Shown one piece after another: positions 1 to 10,410 of a DNA stretch of 64,000 bases (positions are counted from its first letter, which is position 1; each line of letters starts with the position of its first letter). The DNA comes from a virus. Location: the IMG/VR virus record IMGVR_UViG_3300045988_109391; one strand, 5' to 3'. The translations under genes were made by a program, and so were the position numbers. The notes under the pieces are model-generated. The model saw only the letters and a program-made list of their open reading frames with translations. It was not told the origin of the DNA and did no database searches.

Positions 1-1
1 A

Positions 2-862
2 GATGCAGGAGCTCTTAGACAGTTGATGAAGAACATATATAACTTAGCTAGTCAACATACAGATAAGAATAATAAAGTTAATTTTATTTTATTAAATCAT
101 ACTGCTAAAGAGATAGGTGGATTTAGTTTTGGACCACCAAAAGAAACTCCTAAAGGTGGAGACGCTCCAATACAATATTCTGATATAATTATTCAATTAT
201 ATAAGTACAGTTCTAAATCAGAAACATTGAATGATAAACCGATAGGACAAAAAGTTTATGCTGAATTAGTAAAATCAAGACATACTACAGGAAAAGTAAA
301 AACTCCATTTTTTATTAGATATGGAGCAGGTATTTCAATGATATTAACTTATAAAGAAATACTTGAAGAAGGTAAAATGATAACTTCTAAAGGAAGAACT
401 TATACTATAAGCTTACCAAACGGTAAAGAACTAACTTATGTGAACAAAGATAATTTACTAAAATGTATTATTGATAATTATGACGTAATTGATAGTTGTT
501 TTACTTCAAGTAAGTGGATGATAGACATTTCGAATGAGTCTGATATTTTAAATGTAGAATATGAAGAAACTATTGATACATCTAAATTACCGCAAGAATT
601 GCAGCATTTAAAAGTAGAAAGAGTTCAAAAGAATTTTTATTACTTTATGAGAGGTGTAGATTTATCTGGTCAAGACTACTATATGTATTATGATATAGAA
701 ACTAAAAGATTAGTAAGAGAATATGACTCTATGAAAGAAAACATACCAGTTAAAAATGTTGACAAAGCAATGAACGAAGTAAAAGAATATTTAAAAGAGC
801 TAAAAGAAGAAAATGAGAAAGAAACCTTAGAAGAAACTTTAGCTAAAAATGCATTAAAATAG
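2..862 (+). CDS. RecA/UvsX-family recombinase, C-terminal part (5' end upstream of window)
   Basis: Frame is open from base 2. DAGALRQLMK.. and PKGGDAPIQYSDIIIQL..AELVKSRHTTGK..FFIRYGAGIS resemble the RecA core and L2 region. Sits next to SbcC-like genes. Confidence 0.45.
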   Translation, partial: DAGALRQLMKNIYNLASQHTDKNNKVNFILLNHTAKEIGGFSFGPPKETPKGGDAPIQYSDIIIQLYKYSSKSETLNDKPIGQKVYAELVKSRHTTGKVKTPFFIRYGAGISMILTYKEILEEGKMITSKGRTYTISLPNGKELTYVNKDNLLKCIIDNYDVIDSCFTSSKWMIDISNESDILNVEYEETIDTSKLPQELQHLKVERVQKNFYYFMRGVDLSGQDYYMYYDIETKRLVREYDSMKENIPVKNVDKAMNEVKEYLKELKEENEKETLEETLAKNALK

Positions 863-877
863 CTAGGAGGAAAGTAA

Positions 878-2095
878 ATGGACGTATTTGTAAAAGATTT
901 TCAAATAGTAAAACAAGCTAAGCTCACTTTTAATCCCGGCTTTAATGTAATAGTAGGTCCTTCTAATAATGGTAAATCTAGTATTTTAAAAGCAATCAAA
1001 GCAGCAATATACACTGAAGCTGGAGTATCTACTATAAGAAGCGGAGCTGATTCGTACGTAGTTGGAATAAGTCATAATAATCATAACATAGTTTATCAGA
1101 AAAAAACTGGTTCTACTAAGTATCTAGTAGATGGAGTTCAGTTTTCTAAATTTGGTTTAACCACTCCAGAAGAAGTATCTAACGCATTAAATATAAAAGA
1201 GTTAAACCTTAACGGAAATAAAGTACAACTAAATTTTTGGAACCAAATGGACAAACCATTTTTATTAGATAAAAGTGCAGGAGACTTATTTAAGTTTATA
1301 TTAGACTCTGGAGAAAACGACAAATTGTCAGCTGTTACTAAAGCTATGGTAGCAGATAGACAGCAAATTAATAGAGATGCTGACACTATTCAGGGAAGTA
1401 TAAACTCAACTGACAGTATTCTCAAAGAACAAGAAAAATCTATAGAAACTTTAAAGCCATTGTATGATATGTCATTGAAGATAATAGAATTAAAATCTAA
1501 GAAACAAGAACTAGATAAGCTTAATAATATTTACACTAGTCTAAACCAAATAGAAACAGAATTAAAGAATTTAGACACTTCTTATGTTACAGATAGTAAA
1601 CAATTTAATATGATAAATTCTTTAGAAAAAGACTTGGAAAAGATAAGACTATCATATAAATTAGGAGACTTGTATGACCAGCAGTTATCAATTTCTACCA
1701 CTTTAGAACTTATGACAAAATTTATCTTTGAGACTAGAGAATGCTTAAAACTGCTATCTAACTTAAATTTATCTGCTGACAGATTACCTTCTCTTTTAAA
1801 TTTAAGTGATAGATATAAAATTATATTAAACGAACTAGAAAATGTTTCTAAGATAAACCTCGTTACACCAGATGTTGAAATAATTACTAAATTAACTAAT
1901 ATTTTAACAAATATAAAAAGTATAAATCAAAAAGTTGATACAATTAATATATCTTTAGAAGAACAGATTAAAAGTGAAAAATCTATTTTAGATGCATTAG
2001 ATAGAATAAAAGAAGTTGAAGACTGTATTGAAGTTTGTCCTTACTGTGGACAAAGCTTGAAAGGAGGAAATCATGTATTTAGAACTAGTAACTAA
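878..2095 (+). CDS. SbcC/Rad50-like ATPase, N-terminal half (Walker A, coiled coil, CxxC hook)
   Basis: GGAGG RBS. N-terminal P-loop VGPSNNGKSS, a long heptad-rich region, and CPYCGQ about 15 aa before the stop. Confidence 0.6.
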   Translation: MDVFVKDFQIVKQAKLTFNPGFNVIVGPSNNGKSSILKAIKAAIYTEAGVSTIRSGADSYVVGISHNNHNIVYQKKTGSTKYLVDGVQFSKFGLTTPEEVSNALNIKELNLNGNKVQLNFWNQMDKPFLLDKSAGDLFKFILDSGENDKLSAVTKAMVADRQQINRDADTIQGSINSTDSILKEQEKSIETLKPLYDMSLKIIELKSKKQELDKLNNIYTSLNQIETELKNLDTSYVTDSKQFNMINSLEKDLEKIRLSYKLGDLYDQQLSISTTLELMTKFIFETRECLKLLSNLNLSADRLPSLLNLSDRYKIILNELENVSKINLVTPDVEIITKLTNILTNIKSINQKVDTINISLEEQIKSEKSILDALDRIKEVEDCIEVCPYCGQSLKGGNHVFRTSN

Positions 2096-2384
2096 AAAAT
2101 CAGATAGAACTGTAAAAGAAAGATATGAAGAATTATCTGATGAACAAAAGTTAGCTTTAGTAGAAGAAGCTAAAAAGTTAAAAGAAGATTTGAAAGAAAA
2201 GCTTATAGTAACTCAGACAAAACAAAAATCTTTGCTAGAAGAAAAAGAAAAGTTAGAAAAAACTTTGCTTGAAGAATATGATATAAAATCTGAAGAAGAT
2301 ATTGTAAATAAAATAGCTGAGCTAAACGGCGAGATTATTTCAGCTTTGACAGAATATTCAAACGCATTAAATGCTAATGAATAA
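2073..2384 (+). CDS. coiled-coil protein between the two SbcC-like halves
   Basis: AGGAGG RBS inside the end of the upstream gene. E/K/L-rich heptad sequence. Confidence 0.45.
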   Translation: MYLELVTKKSDRTVKERYEELSDEQKLALVEEAKKLKEDLKEKLIVTQTKQKSLLEEKEKLEKTLLEEYDIKSEEDIVNKIAELNGEIISALTEYSNALNANE

Positions 2385-3424
2385 TGCTATTATATGAAGA
2401 TAAAATAGAACCATCATTGAGAAATCTTTCTCGTCAAAAGTTTAAAGTTAAACGAAATAGTGCAGCTACTTTTAGAAGATATAAACAAAAATGGAGTAAG
2501 TGGACTAATAAAGATTCTAACCTTAGAGACGTTATTTCATTATACATTTATGAAGTAAATAAAAAATTAAAGACTAAATCTATAGTTACATATTATCGTT
2601 CTGCAAGGTCTGAAGCTTTATATATTACTTATACTATAGGAGATATATCTCGTAAATTAAGAGTGGCAAATCATGACTCTGCAGATAATTCTAAATTTGA
2701 TGAAGAAATAAAAATTCATGAATTTTTAAATATGAAAACTTTAGCTAGAAGCATTTTAAGATTTATAGATAGTTGTATTTTAAGATGGAGGGATAGAGTG
2801 ACAATAGATAATTTTGATAGTTATTTTAATAAAGCGTTAAGTGTAGTTCAAAAATATAAAACTACAGTAGAAATGAGAGATAGCTCTATAGAGTTAAAAA
2901 AAGAGTACGAGAATAAACTTAAAGAAACCTTAGAAACTCATAGAAATTACGAAGACGCAATTAATTATTTAAAAGAAATAATAGAGTTATTAAGTAAGCA
3001 GCATATAGAGCATTTAGAAAAACTACTTAATTCAGCAGTAAAGACTATATTTTATGATAAAAATTATGAAATAAAGTTAGAAATATCAGAATTTAGAAAT
3101 AGTAATAGCTTAAATATTTACTTAGTAGAATATAGAGATGATGAGGAAATAAAAACTGATATTAAGTCTAACGGGTTTGGTATTCAATGCATAGTTGGCT
3201 TTATACTTCAGGTATATTTTATACTTTATCATAAACTATCTCCAGTTTTATTCATGGATGAAGCGCTTAGTAATCTTAGTTCTCAATATATAGAACCATT
3301 TAAAGACTTAGTAAATGCTTTAGTAGAACAATATGGATTTATATTTGTATTAGTTGCGCATGACCCTAGATTTATTGATATAGCAGATGCTAAATATGAG
3401 ATAAAAGATGGGGTAGTCGTTTAG
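2384..3424 (+). CDS. SbcC/Rad50-like ATPase, C-terminal half
   Basis: Coiled-coil segment followed by Walker B-like VLFMDEALSNL and a VLVAHD H-loop. Start overlaps the upstream stop (TAATG). Confidence 0.5.
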   Translation: MLLYEDKIEPSLRNLSRQKFKVKRNSAATFRRYKQKWSKWTNKDSNLRDVISLYIYEVNKKLKTKSIVTYYRSARSEALYITYTIGDISRKLRVANHDSADNSKFDEEIKIHEFLNMKTLARSILRFIDSCILRWRDRVTIDNFDSYFNKALSVVQKYKTTVEMRDSSIELKKEYENKLKETLETHRNYEDAINYLKEIIELLSKQHIEHLEKLLNSAVKTIFYDKNYEIKLEISEFRNSNSLNIYLVEYRDDEEIKTDIKSNGFGIQCIVGFILQVYFILYHKLSPVLFMDEALSNLSSQYIEPFKDLVNALVEQYGFIFVLVAHDPRFIDIADAKYEIKDGVVV

Positions 3425-3435
3425 GAGGTTTAGCT

Positions 3436-3621
3436 ATGAACTGTAAAAAAGATTGTAAATGGATTGGCTATAACTATAAAACTGATGAAAATGGACATAT
3501 ACTAAAAGCAACGAGTAGACTTTGCTTAAAATATAAGAAACCTATTGTAAATGGAAGAATTAAAGAGTGTATTGAGGGAGGTGAGCACGAGTGGATGAAG
3601 CACAAGAAAACAATTTGTTAA
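3436..3621 (+). CDS. small Cys-rich hypothetical protein
   Basis: AGGAGG RBS; 61-aa ORF with 5 Cys. Confidence 0.45.
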   Translation: MNCKKDCKWIGYNYKTDENGHILKATSRLCLKYKKPIVNGRIKECIEGGEHEWMKHKKTIC

Positions 3622-4058
3622 AAGACACCGAGCCATTAGAAACTAATAATCTTAGTATAGTAAAAGGAATTACATTATTAGAGTTAGATGAAGATATAAT
3701 AATAGCTGTTCCAGACACTTATACTATATCTCAGGCAGTTGCTTGGTATAAAAAAGATATTGGAATCGAAAATGATGCAGAAGACCCATCAATAGATTTA
3801 GTAGATATTAAAAATACTGGAATATGGGCTCCACTAGATAAAAAGTATGACAAAGAGTATGATTTGTTAACAGCTTTATATAACATGACCGACTTTATAA
3901 ACATAGAATTTGAGCCAAAAGATGAGCCATACAACAATATTTCAATTATAGATGGAGAAATAACTAAATTTATTACACTTGAAGAATATTGTAAAAGATA
4001 TTTATTTTCTAATGAAGTTTTAAAAGAGCCAAAGATAGTTTGTTGTAGTAATTATTAA
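3591..4058 (+). CDS. hypothetical protein
   Basis: GTG start after a GAGGGAGG RBS; acidic 155-aa ORF. Confidence 0.45.
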   Translation: MDEAQENNLLKDTEPLETNNLSIVKGITLLELDEDIIIAVPDTYTISQAVAWYKKDIGIENDAEDPSIDLVDIKNTGIWAPLDKKYDKEYDLLTALYNMTDFINIEFEPKDEPYNNISIIDGEITKFITLEEYCKRYLFSNEVLKEPKIVCCSNY

Positions 4059-4108
4059 AAATATAGATTAAGTCAGAGCTAGTGCTCTGATTAGAAAGAG
4101 GTATAGAT

Positions 4109-5363
4109 ATGATTAAAGAAACTTTTGAAGATTTAATGCGAGAAGAACAAAAAAGACAAAATATTACATGCGAATTAATTGCTAGTGAAAATTTTCCTAG
4201 CAAAAGAATATTAAATATGTGTGGGTCATGTCTTACTGCGAAATATGCAGAGGGCTATCCAGGTAAAAGATACTACGGTGGATGTCAGTGGATAGACAAG
4301 ATAGAACAAAAAGCTATAGATAATGCCTGTGAATTATTTAATTGTAATTTTGCTAATGTTCAACCCCACTGCGGTAGTTCTGCTAACCAAGCCGTGTATA
4401 GAGCATTTTGCAAACCGGGTGATACAGTTTTAGGAATGAATTTAGACAGTCGGGGGTCATTTAACACATGGACATAAATTATCTTTCTCTGGACAAGACT
4501 ATAATATTGTATCTTATGGAGTAGATAAAAATGGAGTGCTAGACTATGAAGATTTAGAGCATAAGTTATATAATTATAATCCTAGTATGATATTAGTAGG
4601 TGCAAGCTCATATTCTCAGATAATAGATTATGAAAGAATAAGCACTATACTAGGAGACTATTATAGAAGTACTGGAGATAAACCAATCTATTTTGTAGAT
4701 ATGGCTCATGTAGCTGGATTAATAGCAGCTGGAGTTCATCCATCTCCATTCCCTTGGGCAGATGTAGTAACTAGCACTACTCATAAAACATTAAGAGGTC
4801 CTAGAGGAGGATTAATTTTATGGAATGACCCTGAATATTCTGCTAAAATTAATAGAGCAGTATTTCCAGGAGTTCAAGGAGGCCCACTAGAACATATTAT
4901 AGCAGCAAAAGGAATTTGTTTCGAAGAAGCTTTAACTCCAGAATTTAAAGATTATGGTAAACAAGTCGTAGAAAACGCAAAAGCTTTTGCAAATGAATTT
5001 ATAATGTTAAACAATAAAGTTATTTCAGGTGGAACTCAAAATCATATGTTTGTATTAGATGTATATTCATCTTATGGAATAACTGGTAAAGAGGCAGAAG
5101 AAGCATTAGATAAAATAAATATTACTGTAAATAAAAATCAAATCCCAAATGATACGCTTTCTCCGCTTGTTTCATCAGGAATAAGAATTGGAACTCCAGC
5201 TATGACAACTAAAGGTTGGAAAGTAGAAGATTTTCAGAGATTAGCTAGAATAATTAATCGCTATTTAAAAGATTTAGCAGAGCATAAGCTAGATAATACT
5301 TTTATAGTAAATGAAGAAGCTTATAAAGAAGATGTAGCAGATTTAATTAGAAAGGATAGATAA
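4109..5363 (+). CDS. glyA: serine hydroxymethyltransferase; needs a +1 shift at in-frame CGG 4451-4453
   Basis: [32 protein letters not shown] and [12 protein letters not shown] motifs. ORFs 4109-4477 and 4536-5363 join if C4451 is skipped, which restores GMNLDS-GGHLTHG. Confidence 0.85.
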
Positions 5364-5366
5364 TGA

Positions 5367-5552
5367 ATGAAAATAAATCTAACATTTAGTACAAATTATT
5401 CAGTAGAAGAAATTGTTAAAGAAGTAAATAAATATATAATAGAGCACAGACGTGATATTGAACTAAATTTAGATAGAACTGAAATACCAGAGCATAGAGT
5501 TAAATGGACTTTATGCTCTGAGCCTATTAATTTATGGGAGGATTATGAATGA
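5367..5552 (+). CDS. hypothetical protein
   Basis: 61-aa ORF tightly packed between glyA and thyX. Confidence 0.4.
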   Translation: MKINLTFSTNYSVEEIVKEVNKYIIEHRRDIELNLDRTEIPEHRVKWTLCSEPINLWEDYE

Positions 5553-7258
5553 AAATTATAAAACCTATGATAATAGTAGAAGATAAAGATTATGTAAAAT
5601 TAATGAAAAACCTAGAAAGAGCTTGTAGAACTTGTTATCGTTCTGAAGATAAAATAGTAGAGGACTCTTATAAGACTCTTCTTACAAACTGTATAAATAG
5701 AGGTCATGAATCTGTGTTAGAGCATGAAAAAATAACTATACAAATGATATGTGATATAGGAGTATATAAAGATTTAACTCGTCATAGACACGCATCGTTC
5801 TCAATAGAAAGTACAAGATACTGTGTCGCAGGTGATACTAGATTAAAGTTCTTTAATGGGTATTCTAGGTATACTATTGAAGAAATGTATGAAAAGATGC
5901 ATAATTCTAAAAACGGTCAATGGAAGAGAATGAAGATAAAACATTTAAATGAAAGTACTGGTGAATTTGATTATGTTACAATTAAAAATTTATTTTATAA
6001 TGGAAAGAAAAAATGTTATAAGATAAAAACAGATTTAGGCTATGAATTAATTTGTACAGTAGACCACAAAATATATACACCTCAGGGTTATAAAAAACTT
6101 GAAGATTTAGTAATAGGGGATAAGGTATATGTAAATGGACAGGATGTTGATGAACCGTTGTATCGTAACTATGACTGGATGTATTATCAATATGTAACAT
6201 TAAATAAATCTTACCCGCAAATAGCTAATGAGTTTAATCTTAAATTAGCTACAGTAAAAAAATGGGGACACAAATTAAATATGCCTTACAAAGGTTGTGG
6301 GTATGCAAATGTAGGTAAATCACCGTGGAATAAGGGATTAACTGAGAATGATGATATTAGGATTAAAGCTCAAGCAGACGGTTTAAGGAGAAATAGATAC
6401 GATAGGTGGAAGAAAGATACATATGAGACAGCTCCAGATGGTTCAGTTATATTAGAAAGAACTCCAAGAGTTTATAGAAAGTATAGAAAGAATTATTGTC
6501 AAATTTGTAGTAGAACTGGTAGAGATATTAAATTGGAAGTTCATCATAAAGATGGTGACCACAGCAATTTTGATGAAGATAATTTTATTACATTATGTCC
6601 TAAATGTCATCAAGGTATAGAGAATAAATCTTTAAACGTATTACATGCAGATATAATTGCAGATATAGAGGATGTTGGTGAAGTTGATGTATATGATTTA
6701 GAAGTTAATAGTGAATATCATAATTTTGTAGCTAACGGAGTTATTGTTCATAATTGTAACTATGGTAAAGATAAATTTGATAATGAAATAAAATTTATAA
6801 GACCAGTATTCTTTAAGGGAAATATAGATTTATTTGAAGCAGACGAAGTTGATTTATATGTATATAAAAATGAAGCTGGAGAAGATATTATATCTAATAA
6901 GACAGAGTGTTTACAAAGTGATAAAGATTTGTGGAAATCTTATATTTGGTATAACACAATGAGGAATATAGAAACTCAATATATGGCTATGTCAGAGCTA
7001 GGAGCAAAACCAGATGAGTTAAGGATGATATTACCTCATTCTACAGCAGCTTTAGTTACTATGACAGCTAATATAAGAGAATGGAAACATATATTAGAAC
7101 TTAGAGCTAATAATCATGCTCATCCTTCAGTTCAACAAGTAATGATACCACTATTGTTATATTTTAAAGAAAAAATGCCAGAGATATTTAATAGCATAGA
7201 ATATAATAAGGAATTTGATAAATCAAAATATGCTAAATTGGAGGTAAGATATGAGTAA
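5549..7258 (+). CDS. thyX: FAD-dependent thymidylate synthase ThyX interrupted by an intein
   Basis: ThyX signature RHRHASFSIESTRY is followed directly by Cys and an intein. The ThyX-like C-terminal part resumes after ..VIVHN|C. Confidence 0.8.
   Translation: MKIIKPMIIVEDKDYVKLMKNLERACRTCYRSEDKIVEDSYKTLLTNCINRGHESVLEHEKITIQMICDIGVYKDLTRHRHASFSIESTRYCVAGDTRLKFFNGYSRYTIEEMYEKMHNSKNGQWKRMKIKHLNESTGEFDYVTIKNLFYNGKKKCYKIKTDLGYELICTVDHKIYTPQGYKKLEDLVIGDKVYVNGQDVDEPLYRNYDWMYYQYVTLNKSYPQIANEFNLKLATVKKWGHKLNMPYKGCGYANVGKSPWNKGLTENDDIRIKAQADGLRRNRYDRWKKDTYETAPDGSVILERTPRVYRKYRKNYCQICSRTGRDIKLEVHHKDGDHSNFDEDNFITLCPKCHQGIENKSLNVLHADIIADIEDVGEVDVYDLEVNSEYHNFVANGVIVHNCNYGKDKFDNEIKFIRPVFFKGNIDLFEADEVDLYVYKNEAGEDIISNKTECLQSDKDLWKSYIWYNTMRNIETQYMAMSELGAKPDELRMILPHSTAALVTMTANIREWKHILELRANNHAHPSVQQVMIPLLLYFKEKMPEIFNSIEYNKEFDKSKYAKLEVRYE
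5822..6754 (+). mobile_element. intein with HNH endonuclease domain inside thyX
   Basis: Starts CVAGDTRL (block A) and ends VIVHN with +1 Cys. Internal EVHHKDGDHSNFDEDNFITLCPKCH HNH motif. Confidence 0.75.
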
Positions 7259-7589
7259 AATAGATTTACATAAAGTTATATGCGAAGAAATGCACACTTT
7301 ATATAAAAGAAAAAATAATGATTATGGTGACAGTGTAAGCGATACTTTTGTTAAGTTTGGGCTAGATGCATTTTTAGTAAGAATGTATGATAAACTAAAT
7401 AGAGTTTATTCACTAACTCATGGAAAACAAATTAAGATATCAGACGAAAGAATAGAAGATACTCTACTAGATTTAGCTAATTACGCAGTAATCTCGCTTG
7501 TTGAATTAAAAAATTTAGAAGAAAAACATGCTATAACTAAAGACATAGTAGAAAGTGCTGAGTTTAAAGCTAAGCATGAGGAATTATAA
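7251..7589 (+). CDS. DUF1599/MazG-like nucleotide-metabolism-associated protein
   Basis: KNNDYGDS..FLVRMYDKLNR pattern typical of the DUF1599 family. Lies among nucleotide-metabolism genes. Confidence 0.35.
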   Translation: MSKIDLHKVICEEMHTLYKRKNNDYGDSVSDTFVKFGLDAFLVRMYDKLNRVYSLTHGKQIKISDERIEDTLLDLANYAVISLVELKNLEEKHAITKDIVESAEFKAKHEEL

Positions 7590-7590
7590 T

Positions 7591-7971
7591 ATGAACATTA
7601 GTAGAGAAGAAGTAAGAAGACTTGAAAAAGCTGCTAAAGATAAAAATAAACAAAAGTTATTAGACTGGGCTAATCAATTTAAAGAGCAATTAGAGCTAGA
7701 ATTTAAAGATAAATATGATAAAAGATTAGCTAAGTCTATGGACATAGTATTTTTAGCTGTTGCATATTCTTTAGTATTTAGCGAAAATACCAAAATAAAT
7801 AATAAAGATGAAGTAGGAGAGTTTATGGATGATTTACTAACTACTATTTCTTTATTTGAAAATGGAGAATATAATCCTAATGATTATAAAGAAGGATTAG
7901 AAAAAGCAGGTATTTTCTTTGATGAGTCATTTTATTCTATTAAGGAGAACAAGAATGAAAAAAAGAATTGA
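7591..7971 (+). CDS. hypothetical protein
   Basis: ATG at 7591 after a GAGGA RBS, within track ORF 7555-7971. Confidence 0.45.
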   Translation: MNISREEVRRLEKAAKDKNKQKLLDWANQFKEQLELEFKDKYDKRLAKSMDIVFLAVAYSLVFSENTKINNKDEVGEFMDDLLTTISLFENGEYNPNDYKEGLEKAGIFFDESFYSIKENKNEKKN

Positions 7972-8428
7972 TAAAGTAAATTATTATTTAGATATTGCAG
8001 AAACTGTTTCTGAGAGGTCAACTTGCTTTAAGAGACACTATGGAGCTATTATAGTAAATAATGATAGTATTATATCTTCTGGATTTAACGGAAGTCCAAG
8101 AGGAGTTAAAGATTGTTATGATATAGGACATTGTTTAAGACAAGACTCCCCAAGAGGGATGGATTATTCTAGTTGTGTAAGTTGTCACGCAGAACAGAAT
8201 GCTATAATTTCTGCTAGCAGAGAACAGATGATAGGTTCAACTTTATACTTAGTGGGTATAAATCAAGAAGATAATTCTTATGTAGAAAACTCAGAACCTT
8301 GTTCACTATGTAAAAGAATGATTATAAATTCTGGAATATCTCAAGTAATAGTTAGAATAAAAGATGACTTTAAGAAGTTTAATGTTGATGGTTGGAAAAA
8401 TATAGACAGCATTACAGGAGGTTATTAA
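7955..8428 (+). CDS. dCMP deaminase
   Basis: Zinc motifs CHAEQNAI and PCSLCKRMI. ATG 7955 after an AAGGAG RBS. Confidence 0.8.
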   Translation: MKKRIDKVNYYLDIAETVSERSTCFKRHYGAIIVNNDSIISSGFNGSPRGVKDCYDIGHCLRQDSPRGMDYSSCVSCHAEQNAIISASREQMIGSTLYLVGINQEDNSYVENSEPCSLCKRMIINSGISQVIVRIKDDFKKFNVDGWKNIDSITGGY

Positions 8429-8746
8429 ATGAGCATGCTTTTAAGATTATTATCAAGATTATTTAATAAGTCGTACACTATGTATTCGATAGATAAAGAT
8501 ACTAAGAAAGTAAAGTTAGTAGCAGATGGAAGTTCTTTAGACTTAATAAACGCTCTTCCAGTGATACCAGTAAATTTACTTTCTGGGCTTGAAGTAGTAA
8601 AAAATTTAAACTATATAAAGAAAAAAGAATTAGCTTCTAGAATAATTGCAGAAGCTATTAATAATTTTATAAATCATAATGTTCATGTTGATTTAGAGTC
8701 AATTCAAGAACAATTAGATAATATAAAGAAAGAGGAGGAAAAATAA
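8429..8746 (+). CDS. hypothetical protein
   Basis: ORF abuts the upstream stop. Confidence 0.45.
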   Translation: MSMLLRLLSRLFNKSYTMYSIDKDTKKVKLVADGSSLDLINALPVIPVNLLSGLEVVKNLNYIKKKELASRIIAEAINNFINHNVHVDLESIQEQLDNIKKEEEK

Positions 8747-8749
8747 AAT

Positions 8750-9253
8750 ATGAAAGAATTATCAGAAGAAAATGGAAAAATAATAATTAAACCATCTAAG
8801 AAAGCAGATACTAGAAGTGCTTTTGGATTAGTAACTAAAGAGGAGTTGCTTAAAGACACTGAGTCTCATATTAGCGATGTACAAAGGGTAAGTAAACTTA
8901 TTGCAGATTTATTAGTAAAACAATGCTCACAGCATGACCATACTAAGATAGAATATTTAGATGATTTTTATAAAGATTTTTCTTCAGGAAAAACTGGAGC
9001 AATGTTTAAAGATATGGGCTGGTTTAAAAAGCATCTTACAGAAAGACATCATTTAAATGATAGATGTCCAGAAGATGTAGATTTAATAGATGTTTTAGAG
9101 ATGGTAATAGACTGTACTGTAGCTGGTTTAGCTAGAACAGGAGAAGTATTTCCAATTACTATATCTCCAGAAATTTTACAAAAAGCAGTTGATAATACAA
9201 GTAAATTAATTATAGACAGTGTAGAAGTAGAAGACGAAGATAAAACTATTTAA
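8750..9253 (+). CDS. hypothetical protein
   Basis: GAGGAGG RBS; 167 aa with several His clusters (QHDHTK, ERHHLND). Confidence 0.45.
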   Translation: MKELSEENGKIIIKPSKKADTRSAFGLVTKEELLKDTESHISDVQRVSKLIADLLVKQCSQHDHTKIEYLDDFYKDFSSGKTGAMFKDMGWFKKHLTERHHLNDRCPEDVDLIDVLEMVIDCTVAGLARTGEVFPITISPEILQKAVDNTSKLIIDSVEVEDEDKTI

Positions 9254-9265
9254 AGAGGTGATTTT

Positions 9266-9448
9266 ATGCCTGAATATAAAAATATTAAAGATACATTAGA
9301 TAAATTAAATTTTGAACTTAGAATTAGGCAAGATGCCAAAATATTAAATTGCAACGAAGATATACTAGAAAGTATAATATATAATTATTTACAAGATTTT
9401 TATTTCTTAACTATAGACGATATTAATGGAGGTACCAAAAATGAATGA
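9266..9448 (+). CDS. hypothetical protein
   Basis: AGAGGTG RBS; 60-aa ORF. Confidence 0.4.
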   Translation: MPEYKNIKDTLDKLNFELRIRQDAKILNCNEDILESIIYNYLQDFYFLTIDDINGGTKNE

Positions 9449-10409
9449 TATTCCGGGAAAATACACTAAAATAGTGGAAAGATATAAAGAAAACGGACGA
9501 GTTCCTGTAATTATAGATTTATCAAATATTGCTTATCGTAGCTCTTTTGTATTTACTCCAGATAAATTTGTAACTTCTCAGGGAGTATATAATGGTCATC
9601 TATTCGGAATATGTCAAAACATTAAGACATTACTTAAATTAAACTATGAAGTGTACTTATGTAGAGATTTACGTTCAACTTTTAGACAGTACTTAGTAGA
9701 AAGTTATAAATCAAATAGAGAACATGCAGATGGTTCAGTTAGCATTCATGACATTTTGAATAAAACTATTAATCCATTAATTTCTACTCTAAAAAATGTT
9801 CATACTATTTCTTCTACTGGTTACGAAGCAGACGATGTAATGTTTTCATTGTCTAAGATATGTGATAGAAATGAAACACCTTGCTATATACTATCTACTG
9901 ATAAAGATTTATGCCAAGCATTATCTGAGTATACAACTATAGCTCATAAGTTTATTGCTGCTGGACCTCAAGAAATAGTAACTTCATCTAGTGAATACTA
10001 CGAAAAAAACTTTGGAGATACTCCACCAAAGTTTTTACCTTTATACAGAGCTTTTAAAGGAGATGCTTCTGATAACTTAGAAGCTCCTATAAAAAGATTT
10101 CCGAAAGATTTAATTCAAGAATTTATAGAAGAATGTAAAATTAATTTTCCTGATGGAAATATAAATTTGGCAGAAATGATATTAAAGCATAATATAACTA
10201 AGAAGTCTCATGAAAAGTGGCTAAGTGAATTAAAGGACAAAAACACATTTACTAAACTATTTAATAATTTTAAAGTTATGAGACTAATTGAAATTCCAGT
10301 CTATGAAGAAGATGAAGCATTAGTAGATAATGCATTTAATATAATAACAGAAAAATACGAATTATGGTCTTTTAGAAAATTCGTAAGAGAATACAATGGA
10401 GGTATATAA
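9441..10409 (+). CDS. 5'-3' exonuclease / flap endonuclease (RNase H-like, 53EXO family)
   Basis: IIDLSNIAYRS, GYEADDVM, STDKDLCQ and FKGDASDNL motifs. ATG 9441 after GGAGG. Confidence 0.75.
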   Translation: MNDIPGKYTKIVERYKENGRVPVIIDLSNIAYRSSFVFTPDKFVTSQGVYNGHLFGICQNIKTLLKLNYEVYLCRDLRSTFRQYLVESYKSNREHADGSVSIHDILNKTINPLISTLKNVHTISSTGYEADDVMFSLSKICDRNETPCYILSTDKDLCQALSEYTTIAHKFIAAGPQEIVTSSSEYYEKNFGDTPPKFLPLYRAFKGDASDNLEAPIKRFPKDLIQEFIEECKINFPDGNINLAEMILKHNITKKSHEKWLSELKDKNTFTKLFNNFKVMRLIEIPVYEEDEALVDNAFNIITEKYELWSFRKFVREYNGGI

Positions 10410-10410
10410 A

